From Eledone cirrhosa (taxonomy: Eukaryota): a DNA stretch of 64,000 bases. Numbering within the stretch: position 1 is the first letter of the stretch; each line of letters starts with the position of its first letter. The notes under the pieces were generated by a model. That model saw only the letters and a list, made by a program, of their open reading frames with translations. It ran no database searches and was not told the origin of the DNA. A program made the translations under genes and the position numbers. Below are positions 52,675-64,000 of the stretch, piece by piece. The DNA is taken from NCBI GenBank assembly GCA_964016885.1, contig OZ024740.1, positions 305,660,001 through 305,724,000 on the forward strand. The letters run 5' to 3'.

Positions 52675-55600
52675 GGTGGTGGTAATAGTGGTGATGGTGG
52701 TAGTGTTGGTGGTGATGGTGGTGGTAGTGATGGCGATGTTGATGGTGGTGATGGTGATGTTAATGGTGGTGGTGGTAGTGGTAGTGGTGGTGATGTTGTT
52801 GTTGTTGGTGATAGTGTTGTTGTTGTTGTTGTTGTTGTTTTTGTTGCTGTTGGTGGTGGTGATGGTAGTGTTGGTAGCTGCGTTGGTGGTCTAATAGTGG
52901 TGATGGTGATGTTGATGATGGTAGTGGTGTTGGTGGTGGTAATAGTCGTGATGGTGGTAGTGTTGGTGGTAGTAACAGTGGTGATGGCGATGTTGATGGT
53001 GGTGGTGGTAGTGTTGGTGGTAGTAATAGTGGTGATGGCGATGTTGATGGTGGTGGTGGTAGTGTTGGTGGTGGTAATAGTGGTGATGGCGATGTTGATG
53101 GTGGTGGTGGTAGTGTTGGTGGTGGTAATAGTGGTGGTGGCGATGTTGATGGTGGTGGTGGTAGTGTTGGTGGTAGTAATAGTGGTGATGGCGATGTTGA
53201 TGGTGGTGGTGGTAGTGTTGATGGTAGTAATAGTGGTGATGGCGATGTTGATGATGGTAGTGGTGTTGGTGGTGGTAATAGTCGTGATGGTGATGTTGAT
53301 GGTGGTGGTGGTAGTGTTGGTGGTGGTAATAGTGGTGATGGCGATGTTGATGGTGGTGGTGGTAGTGTTGGTGGTAGTAACAGTGGTGATGGCGTTGTTG
53401 ATGGTGGTGGTGGTAGTGTTGGTGGTAGTAATAGTGGTGATGGCGATGTTGATGATGGTAGTGGTGTTGGTGGTGGTAATAGTCGTGATGGTGATGTTGA
53501 TGGTGGTGGTGGTAGTGTTGGTGGTGGTAATAGTGGTGGTGGCGATGTTGATGGTGGTGGTGGTAGTGTTGGTGGTAGTAATAGTGGTGGTGGCGATGTT
53601 GATGGTGGTGGTGGTAGTGTTGGTGGTAGTAACAGTGGTGATGGCGTTGTTGATGGTGGTGGTGGTAGTGTTGGTGGTAGTAATAGTGGTGATGGCGATG
53701 TTGATGATGGTAGTGGTGTTGGTGGTGGTAATAGTCGTGATGGTGATGTTGATGGTGGTGGTGGTAGTGTTGGTGGTGGTAATAGTGGTGATGGCGATGT
53801 TGATGGTGGTGGTGGTAGTGTTGGTGGTAGTAACAGTGGTGATGGCGTTGTTGATGGTGGTGGTGGTAGTGTTGGTGGTAGTAATAGTGGTGATGGCGAT
53901 GTTGATGATGGTAGTGGTGCTGGTGGTGGTAATAGTCGTGATGGTGATGTTGATGGTGGTAGTGGTAGTGTTGGTGGTGGTAATAGTGGTGGTGGCGATG
54001 TTGATGGTGGTGGTGGTAGTGTTGGTGGTAGTAATAGTGGTGGTGGCGATGTTGATGGTGGTGGTGGTAGTGTTGGTGGTAGTAACAGTGGTGATGGCGT
54101 TGTTGATGGTGGTGGTGGTAGTGTTGGTGGTGGTAATAGTGGTGGTGGCGATGTTGATGGTGGTGGTGGTAGTGTTGGTGGTAGTAATAGTGGTGGTGGC
54201 GATGTTGATGGTGGTGGTGGTAGTGTTGGTGGTGGTAATAGTGGTGATGGCGATGTTGATGGTGGTGGTGGTAGTGTTGATGGTAGTAACAGTGGTGATG
54301 GCGTTGTTGATGGTGGTGGTGGTAGTGTTGGTGGTAGTAATAGTGGTGATGGCGATGTTGATGGTGGTGGTGGTAGTGTTGGTGGTAGTAATAGTGGTGG
54401 TGGCGATGTTGATGGTGGTGGTGGTAGTGTTGGTGGTGGTAATAGTGGTGGTGGTAGTGTTAGATGTGGTAGAATTGGTGATGGTAGTGTTGGTGGTAGT
54501 AATAGTGGTGATGGCGATGTTGATGGTGGTGGTGGTAGTGTTGGTGGTGCAGTGTTGGTGGTGTAGTGTTGGTATTTGTGGTGTTGCTGATGGTGTTGGT
54601 GATGGTGGTGTTGGTGATGGTGGTGTTGGTGATGGTGGTGTTGGTGATGGTGGTGTTGGTGGTGGTGGTGTTGGTGGTGTTGGTGATGGTGGTGATGGTG
54701 ATGGTGGTGGTGGTGATGGTGGTGTTGGTGATGGTGGTGTTGCTGATGGTGGTGTTGGTGATGGTGGTGTTGGTGATGGTGGTGTTGGTGATGGTGGTGA
54801 TGGTGATGGTGGTGTTGGTGATGGTGGTGTTGGTGATGGTGGTGTTGCTGATGGTGGTGTTGGTGATGGTGGTGTTGATGATGGTGGTGTTGGTGATGGT
54901 GGTGGTGGTGATGGTGGTGTTGGTGATGGTGGTGTTGGTGATGGTGGTGTTGATGATGGTGGTGTTGGTGATGGTGGTGTTGGTGGTGTTGTTGATGGTG
55001 GTGTTGGTGATGGTGGTGGTGGTGGTGTTGTTGATGGTGGTGATGGTGGTGTTGGTGATGGTGGTGTTGCTGATGGTGGTGTTGGTGATGGTGGTGTTGA
55101 TGATGGTGGTGTTGGTGATGGTGGTGTTGGTGATGGTGGTGGTGGTGATGGTGGTGTTGATGATGGTGGTGTTGGTGATGGTGGTGTTGGTGATGGTGGT
55201 GTTGGTGATGGTGGTGTTGGTGATGGTGGTGTTGGTGATGGTGGTGATGGTGATGGTGGTGGTGGTGATGGTGGTGTTGGTGATGGTAGTGATGGTGATG
55301 GTGGTGATGGTGATGGTGGTGTTGGTGATGGTGGTGGTGGTGATGGTGGTGTTGGTGATGGTGGTGTTGCTGATGGTGGTGTTGGTGATGGTGGTGTTGA
55401 TGATGGTGGTGTTGGTGATGGTGGTGTTGGTGATGGTGGTGGTGGTGATGGTGGTGTTGATGATGGTGGTGTTGGTGATGGTGGTGTTGGTGATGGTGGT
55501 GTTGGTGATGGTGGTGTTGGTGATGGTGGTGTTGGTGATGGTGGTGATGGTGATGGTGGTGGTGGTGATGGTGGTGTTGGTGATGGTGGTGTTGGTGATG

Positions 55601-58600
55601 GTGGTGTTGGTGATGGTGGTGTTGGTGATGGTGGTGTTGGTGGTGTTGGTGATGGTGGTGTTGATGATGGTGGTGTTAGTGATGGTGGTGTTGGTGATGG
55701 TGGTGTTGGTGATGGTGGTGTTGATGATGGCGGTGTTGATGTTGGTGGTGTTGATGATGGTGGTGTTGGTGATGGTGGTGTTGGTGATGGTGGTGTTGGT
55801 GATGGTGGTGTTGGTGGTGTTGGTGATGGTGGTGTTGGTGATGGTGGTGTTGGTGATGTTGTGTTGGTGATGGTGGTGTTGGTGGTGTTGGTGATGGTGG
55901 TGTTGGTGATGGTGGTGTTGGTGATGGTGGTGATGGTGATGGGGGTGTTGGTGATGGTGGTGTTGCTGATGGTGGTGTTGGTGGTGTTGATGATGGTGGT
56001 GTTGGTGATGGTGGTGTTGGTGATGGTGGTGTTGGTGATGGTGGTGTTGTTGGTGTTGGTGATGGTGGTGTTGGTGATGGTGGTGTTGGTGATGGTGGTG
56101 TTGGTGATGGTGGTGTTGGTGATGGTGGTGTTGGTGGTGTTGGTGATGGTGGTGTTGATGATGGTGGTGTTGGTGATGGTGGTGTTGGTGATGGTGGTGT
56201 TGGTGATGGTGGTGTTGATGATGGTGGTGTTGATGATGGTGGTGTTGGTGATGGTGATGGTGTTGGTGGTGGTGTTGATGATGGTGGTGTTGGTGGTGTT
56301 GATGATGGTGGTGTTGGTGATGGTGGTGTTGGTGATGGTGGTGTTGGTGATGGTGGTGTTGGTGGTGTTGGTGATGGTGGTCTTGGTGATGGTGGTGTTG
56401 GTGATGTTGTGTTGGTGATGGTGGTGTTGGTGGTGATGGTGATGGTGGTGTTGGTGATGGTGGTATTGGTGGTGTTTTTGATGGTGGTGTTGGTGATGGT
56501 GGTGTTGGTGATGGTGGTGTTGGTGGTGGTGGTGTTGGTGGTGTTGGTGGTGGTGGTGTTGGTGTTGGTGGTGTTGGTGATGGTGGTGTTGGTGATGGTG
56601 GTGTTGGTGATGGTGGTGTTGGTGATGGTGGTGTTGGTGATGGTGGTGTTGGTGATGGTGGTGTTGCTGATGGTGGTGTTGGTGATGGTAATGGTGTTGG
56701 TGGTGTTGGTGATGGTGGTGATGGTGATGGGGGTGTTGGTGGTGGTGGTGATGGTGATGGGGGTGTTGGTGGTGGTGGTGTTGGTGGTGTTGGTGGTGGT
56801 GGTGTTGGTGTTGGTGGTGTTGGTGATGGTGGTGTTGGTGATGGTGGTGTTGGTGATGGTGGTGTTGGTGGTGGTGGTGTTGGTGGTGCAGTGTTGGTGG
56901 TGTAGTGTTGGTATTTGTGGTGTTGCTGATGGTGTTGGTGTTGGTGGTGTTTTTGATGGTGGTGTTGGTGATGGTGGTGTTGGTGATGGTGGTGTTGGTG
57001 GTGGTGGTGTTGGTGGTGTTGGTGGTGGTGGTGTTGGTGTTGGTGGTGTTGGTGATGGTGGTGTTGGTGATGGTGGTGTTGGTGATGGTGGTGATGGTGA
57101 TGGTGGTGTTGGTGATGGTGGTGTTGGTGATGGTGGTGATGGTGATGGTGGTGTTGGTGATGGTGGTGTTGCTGATGGTGGTGTTGGTGATGGTGATGGT
57201 GTTGGTGGTGGTGTTGATGATGGTGGTGTTGGTGGTGTTGATGATGGTGGTGTTGGTGATGGTGGTGTTGGTGATGGTGGTGTTGGTGATGGTGGTGTTG
57301 GTGGTGTTGGTGATGGTGGTGTTGGTGATGGTGGTGTTGGTGATGTTGTGTTGGTGATGGTGGTGTTGGTGGTGTTGGTGATGGTGGTGTTGGTGATGGT
57401 GGTGTTGGTGATGGTGGTGATGGTGATGGGGGTGTTGGTGATGGTGGTGTTGCTGATGGTGGTGTTGGTGGTGTTGATGATGGTGGTGTTGGTGATGGTG
57501 GTGTTGGTGATGGTGGTGTTGGTGATGGTGGTGTTGGTGGTGTTGGTGATGGTGGTGTTGGTGATGGTGGTGTTGGTGATGGTGGTGTTGGTGATGGTGG
57601 TGTTGGTGATGGTGGTGTTGGTGGTGTTGGTGATGGTGGTGTTGATGATGGTGGTGTTGGTGATGGTGGTGTTGGTGATGGTGGTGTTGGTGATGGTGGT
57701 GTTGATGATGGTGGTGTTGATGATGGTGGTGTTGGTGATGGTGATGGTGTTGGTGGTGGTGTTGATGATGGTGGTGTTGGTGGTGTTGATGATGGTGGTG
57801 TTGGTGATGGTGGTGTTGGTGATGGTGGTGTTGGTGATGGTGGAGTTGGTGGTGTTGGTGATGGTGGTGTTGGTGATGGTGGTGTTGGTGATGTTGTGTT
57901 GGTGATGGTGGTGTTGGTGGTGATGGTGATGGTGGTGTTGGTGGTGTTTTTGATGGTGGTGTTGGTGATGGTGGTGTTGGTGATGGTGGTGTTGGTGGTG
58001 GTGGTGTTGGTGGTGTTGGTGAATGTGGTGTTGGTGTTGGTGGTGTTGGTGATGGTGGTGTTGGTGATGGTGGTGTTGGTGATGGTGGTGATGGTGATGG
58101 TGGTGTTAGTGATGGTGATGGTGGTGTTGGTGATGGTGGTGTTGGTGATGGTGGTGTTGGTGGTGGTGGTGTTGGTGGTAGTGGTGTTGGTGATGGTGAT
58201 GGTGGTGTTGGTGATGGTGGTGTTGGTGATGGTGGTGATGGTGATGGTGGTGTTGGTAATGGTGGTGTTGGTGATGGTGGTGTTGGTGATGGTGGTGATG
58301 GTGATGGTGGTGGTGGTGATGGTGGTGTTGATGATGTTGTGTTGGTGATGGTGGTGTTGGTGGTGATGGTGATGGTGGTGTTGGTGATGGTGGTGTTGGT
58401 GGTGTTGGTGATGGTGGTGTTGGTGATGGTGGTGTTGGTGGTGTTGGTGATGGTGTTGTTGCTGATGGTGGTGTTGGTGATGGTGATGGTGGTGTTGGTG
58501 CTGTTGGTGATGGTGGTGTTGGTGATGGTGGTGTTGGTGGTGGTGGTGATGGTGTTGTTGCTGATGGTGGGTTGGTGATGGTGATGGTGGTGTTGGTGGT

Positions 58601-61600
58601 GTGGGTGATGGTGGTGTTGGTGATGGTAGTGTTGGTGGTGTTGGTGATGGTGGTGTTGGTGATGGTGGTGTTGGTGATGGTGGTGTTGGTGATGGTGGTG
58701 TTGGTGGTGGTGGTGTTGGTGGTGGTGGTGTTGGTGATGGTGGTGTTGGTGATGGTGGTGTTGGTGATGCTGGTGTTGGTGATGTGTTGGTGATGGTGGT
58801 GTTGGTGATGGTGGTGTTGGTGATGTGTTGGTGATGGTGGTGTTGGTGATGGTGGTGTTGGTGGTGTTGGTGATGGTGGTGTTGGTGATGGTGGTGTTGG
58901 TGATGGTGGTGTTGGTGATGGTGGTGTTGGTGATGGTGGTGTTGGTGATGGTGGTGTTGGTGATGTGTTGGTGATGGTGGTGTTGGTGATGGTGGTGTTG
59001 GTGATGGTGGTGTTGGTGATGGTGGTGTTGCTGATGGTGGTGTTGGTGATGGTGGTGTTGGTGATGGTGGTGTTGGTGTTGGTGGTGTTGGTGTTGGTGG
59101 TGTTGGTGATGGTGGTGTTGGTGGTGTTGGTGTTGGTGTTGGTGTTGGTGATGGTGGTGATGGTGATGGTGGTGTTAGTGATGGTGGTGTTGCTGATGGT
59201 GGTGTTGGTGATGGTGGTGTTGGTGGTGTTGGTGATGGTGGTGTTGGTGATGGTGGTGTTGGTGTTGGTGTTGGTGATGGTGGTGATGGTGATGGTGGTG
59301 TTGGTGATGGTGGTGTTGCTGATGGTGGTGTTGCTGATGGTGGTGTTGCTGATGGTGGTGTTGGTGGTGTTGGTGATGGTAGTGTTGGTGATGGTGGTGT
59401 TGGTGATGGTGGTGATGGTGATGGGGGTGTTGGTGATGGTGGTGTTGCTGATGGTGGTGTTGGTGATGGTTGTGTTGGTGATGGTGGTGTTGGTGATGGT
59501 GGTGTTGGTGGTGTTGGTGTTGGTGATGTGTTGGTGATGGTGGTGTTGGTGATGGTGGTGTTGGTGATGGTGGTGTTGGTGATGGTGGTGTTGGTGATGG
59601 TGGTGTTGGTGATGTGTTGGTGATGGTGGTGTTGGTGATGGTGGTGTTGGTGATGGTGGTGTTGGTGATGGTGGTGTTGCTGATGGTGGTGTTGGTGATG
59701 GTGGTGTTGGTGATGGTGGTGTTGGTGTTGGTGGTGTTGGTGTTGGTGGTGTTGGTGATGGTGGTGTTGGTGGTGTTGGTTTTGGTGTTGGTGATGGTGG
59801 TGATGGTGATGGTGGTGTTGGTGATGGTGGTGTTGCTGATGGTGGTGTTGGTGATGGTGGTGTTGGTGGTGTTGGTGATGGTGATGGTGGTGTTGGTGGT
59901 GTTGGTGATGGTGGTGTTGGTGATGGTGGTGTTGGTGGTGTTGGTGATGGTGGTGTTGGTGATGGTGGTGTTGGTGATGGTGGTGATGGTGATGGGGGTG
60001 TTGGTGGTGTTGGTGATGGTGGTGTTGGTGATGGTGGTGTTGGTGATGGTGGTGTTGGTGGTGTTGGTGATGGTGGTGTTGGTGATGGTGGTGTTGGTGA
60101 TGGTGGTGATGGTGATGGGGGTGTTGGTGATGGTGATGTTGGTGATGGTGTTGGTGATGGTGGTGTTGGTGGTGTTGGTGATGGTGATGGTGGTGTTGGT
60201 GATGGTGGTGTTGGTGATGGTGGTGTTGGTGATGTGTTGGTGATGGTGGTGTTGGTGATGGTGGTGTTGGTGATGGTGGTGTTGGTGATGGTGGTGTTGG
60301 TGATGGTGGTGTTGGTGATGGTGGTGTTGGTGATGTGTTGGTGATGGTGGTGTTGGTGATGGTGGTGTTGGTGATGGTGGTGTTGGTGATGGTGGTGTTG
60401 GTGGTGGTGGTGTTGGTGGTGGTGGTGTTGGTGATGGTGGTGTTGGTGATGGTGGTGTTGGTGATGGTGGTGTTGGTGATGTGTTGGTGATGGTGGTGTT
60501 GGTGATGGTGGTGTTGGTGATGTGTTGGTGATGGTGGTCTTGGTGATGGTGGTGTTGGTGGTGTTGGTGATGGTGGTGTTGGTGATGGTGGTGTTGGTGA
60601 TGGTGGTGTTGGTGGTGTTGGTGATGGTGGTGTTGGTGATGGTGGTGTTGGTGATGGTGGTGATGGTGATGGGGGTGTTGGTGATGGTGATGTTGGTGAT
60701 GGTGTTGGTGATGGTGGTGTTGGTGGTGTTGGTGATGGTGATGGTGGTGTTGGTGATGGTGGTGTTGGTGATGGTGGTGTTGGTGATGGTGGTGTTGGTG
60801 ATGTGTTGGTGATGGTGGTGTTGGTGATGGTGGTGTTGGTGATGGTGGTGTTGGTGATGGTGGTGTTGGTGATGGTGGTGTTGGTGATGGTGGTGTTGGT
60901 GATGTGTTGGTGATGGTGGTGTTGGTGATGGTGGTGTTGGTGATGGTGGTGTTGGTGATGGTGGTGTTGCTGATGGTGGTGTTGGTGATGGTGGTGTTGG
61001 TGATGGTGGTGTTGGTGTTGGTGGTGTTGGTGTTGGTGATGGTGGTGTTGCTGATGGTGGTGTTGGTGATGGTGGTGTTGGTGATGGTGGTGTTGGTGTT
61101 GGTGGTGTTGGTGTTGGTGGTGTTGGTGATGGTGGTGTTGGTGGTGTTGGTGTTGGTGTTGGTGATGGTGGTGATGGTGATGGTGGTGTTGGTGATGGTG
61201 GTGTTGCTGATGGTGGTGTTGGTGATGGTGGTGTTGGTGGTGTTGGTGATGGTGATGGTGGTGTTGGTGGTGTTGGTGATGGTGGTGTTGGTGATGGTGG
61301 TGTTGGTGGTGTTGGTGATGGTGGTGTTGGTGATGGTGGTGTTGGTGATGGTGGTGATGGTGATGGGGGTGTTGGTGGTGTTGGTGATGGTGGTGTTGGT
61401 GATGGTGGTGTTGGTGATGGTGGTGTTGGTGGTGTTGGTGATGGTGGTGTTGGTGATGGTGGTGTTGGTGATGGTGGTGATGGTGATGGGGGTGTTGGTG
61501 TTGGTGATGTTGGTGATCGTGATGGTGATGGTGGTGGTGTTGGTGATGGTGGTGTTGGTGATGGTGGTGATGGTGATGGTGGTGGTGATGTTGGTGATGG

Positions 61601-62920
61601 TGGTGGTGATGGTGGTGTTGGTGATGGTAGTGATGGTGATGGTCGTGATGGTGATGGTGGTGTTGGTGATGGTGGTGTTGGTGATGGTGGTGGTGGTGAT
61701 GGTGGTGATGGTGATGGTGGTGTTGGTGATGGTGGTGTTGGTGATGGTGGTGTTGGTGGTGTTGGTGATGGTGGTGTTGGTGATGGTGGTGTTGTTGATG
61801 GTGGTGATGGTGATGGGGGTGTTGGTGATGGTGATGTTGGTGATCGTGATGGTGATGGTGGTGGTGTTGGTGATGGTGGTGTTGGTGATGGTGGTGATGG
61901 TGATGGTGGTGGTGATGTTGGTGATGGTGGTGGTGATGGTGGTGTTGGTGATGGTGGTGATGGTGATGGTGGTGATGGTGATGGTGATGGTGGTGTTGGT
62001 GATGGTGATGTTGGTGATGGTGATGGTGATGGTGGCGATGGTGATGGTGATGTTGGTGATGGTGGTGTTGGTGATGGTGGTGGTGGTGATGGTGGTGATG
62101 GTGATGGTGGTGTTGGTGATGGTGGTGTTGTTGATGGTGGTGATGGTGATCGGGGTGTTGGTGATGGTGGTGATGGTGGTGTTGGTGATGGTGGTGATGG
62201 TGATGGTGGTGTTGGTGATGGTGGTGTTGGTGATGGTGGTGTTGGTGATGGGGGTGTTGGTATTTGTAGTGTTGATAATGATGGTGTTGGCGGTGTAGGT
62301 AGTATGAATGGTGGACGGTATTGGTATTGTGGTTAGTGTGGGCGGTTTGAGCGAGGATGTTGATAGTGGTGATGGTGGTGGTGATGGAGGTGGTGATGGT
62401 GGTGGTGGTGGTGATGGTGGTGGTGGTGGTGATGGTGGTGGTGATGGTGGTGGTGATGGTGGTGGTGGTGGTGATGGTGGTGGTGATGGTGATGGTGGTG
62501 GTGATGGTGGTGGTGATGGTGGTGGTGATGGTGGTGGTGATGATGGTGGTGGTGGTGGTGATGGTGATGGAAGTGGTGATGGTGGTGGTGGTGGTGATGG
62601 TGGTGGTGATGGTGGTGGTGATGGTGGTGGTGGTGGTGATGGTGGTGGTGATGGTGATGGTGGTGGTGATGGTGGTGGTGATGGTGGTGGTGATGGTGGT
62701 GGTGATGATGGTGGTGGTGGTGGTGATGGTGATGGAAGTGGTGATGGTGGTGGTGGTGGTGATGGTGGTGGTGATGGTGGTGGTGGTGATAGTGGTGATG
62801 GTGGTGGTGATGGAGGTGGTGATGGTGGTGGTGGTAGTGATGGTGGTAGTGATGGTGTGGTGATGGTAGTGGTGGTGATAGTGATGATGGTGGTGATGTT
62901 AATGATGATGGTGGTAGTTA
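52675..62920. repeat. ~10.2-kb GGT/GAT/GTT simple-repeat array with hierarchical units
   Basis: A 51-bp unit (~52900-54550), then a 12-bp ggtgatggtggtgtt-type periodic array with higher-order duplications. Almost no C on the plus strand. Confidence 0.95.
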
Positions 62921-63120
62921 AGGTGGCGGTGAGAGGTCTCTCATTCGAAGAGAATTTGTCCTCAGGGAGAGAGGCAGCAAGTTGTGTTGAATAATTATAA
63001 TTGCTGTTGAATAAGTTTAGAATCCGTCACAGAAAATCAACAATAAAAACTGGAAACGCTTGTCTGCCTGCCTGTCTGTCTGTCAGCCTGCCTGTCTGTC
63101 AGTCAGCCTGCCTGTCTGCC

Positions 63121-63159
<39 letters not shown>

Positions 63160-63282
63160 ATGTCTGTCTGTCTGTCTATCTGTCTGTATGTCTGTCTGTC
63201 TGTCTGTCTATCTATATATCTATCTATCTATCTTTCTATCTATCGATTGATTTGACAAACTACATACATTAGCATACACATT

Positions 63283-63283
63283 C

Positions 63284-63319
<36 letters not shown>

Positions 63320-63416
63320 TATACACACTCACAAATATATATATATATATATATATACTTTATTAATATATTTATATACATACATACATACATGCATACG
63401 TACCTAGATAAGTATA

Positions 63417-63478
<62 letters not shown>

Positions 63479-63561
63479 CACACTCACAAATATATATATA
63501 TACTTTATTAATATATTTATATACATACATACATATATGTATACGTACGTAGATAAGTATA

Positions 63562-63615
<54 letters not shown>

Positions 63616-63710
63616 CACACTCACAAATATATATATATATATACTTTATTAATATATTTATATACATACATACATACATACATACATGCATACGTACGTA
63701 GATAAGTATA

Positions 63711-63787
<77 letters not shown>

Positions 63788-63851
63788 TTTATTAATATAT
63801 TTATATACATACATACATACATACATGCATACGTACGTAGATAAGTATATT

Positions 63852-63900
<49 letters not shown>

Positions 63901-63960
63901 TTTATTAATATATTTATATACATACATACATGCATACGTACGTAGATAAGTATATATATC
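63283..63960. repeat. Higher-order tandem repeat of TA/TACA-rich units
   Basis: Recurring actttattaatatatttatatacatac and tacgtagataagtat anchors. Confidence 0.85.
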
Positions 63961-64000
63961 TATATATATATATCTATATATATCTCTCTCTCTCTCTCTA

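Noticed and set aside
52651-56418. 1255-aa ORF and the following V/M/G/D-rich ORFs
   Set aside because: Translations of the GGT/GAT array. They are open only because the repeat lacks stop codons; no domain content.

Overview
AT-rich, microsatellite-laden animal genomic DNA. The SINE repertoire and (TA)n/(CA)n load suggest an octopus or other coleoid cephalopod (inferred). The only host gene I can support is a minus-strand PRDM14 orthologue: two C2H2 zinc-finger exons (41079-41208 and 7278-7404) joined in frame across a 33.7-kb phase-2 GT-AG intron. The rest is intronic repeat: about 20 tRNA-derived SINEs, hAT-type MITEs, an inverted RTE LINE 3' fragment, a decayed Penelope-like GIY-YIG endonuclease and large simple repeats, including a ~10-kb GGT/GAT array. 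The main hidden structure is about 14 type I hammerhead ribozyme (HHR) motifs with intact CUGANGA/GAAA/NUH cores, from at least 8 sequence families, plus several degenerate ones. Most sit in short Penelope-like (pLTR/retrozyme-like) elements next to (TA)n tracts and are often folded back into head-to-head inverted repeats. In one family the fold-back centres on what looks like hammerhead stem II. One HHR has a ~97-nt branched stem II. All RNA structures were paired by eye and none was tested. Almost all ORFs in the supplied track are simple-repeat artefacts.
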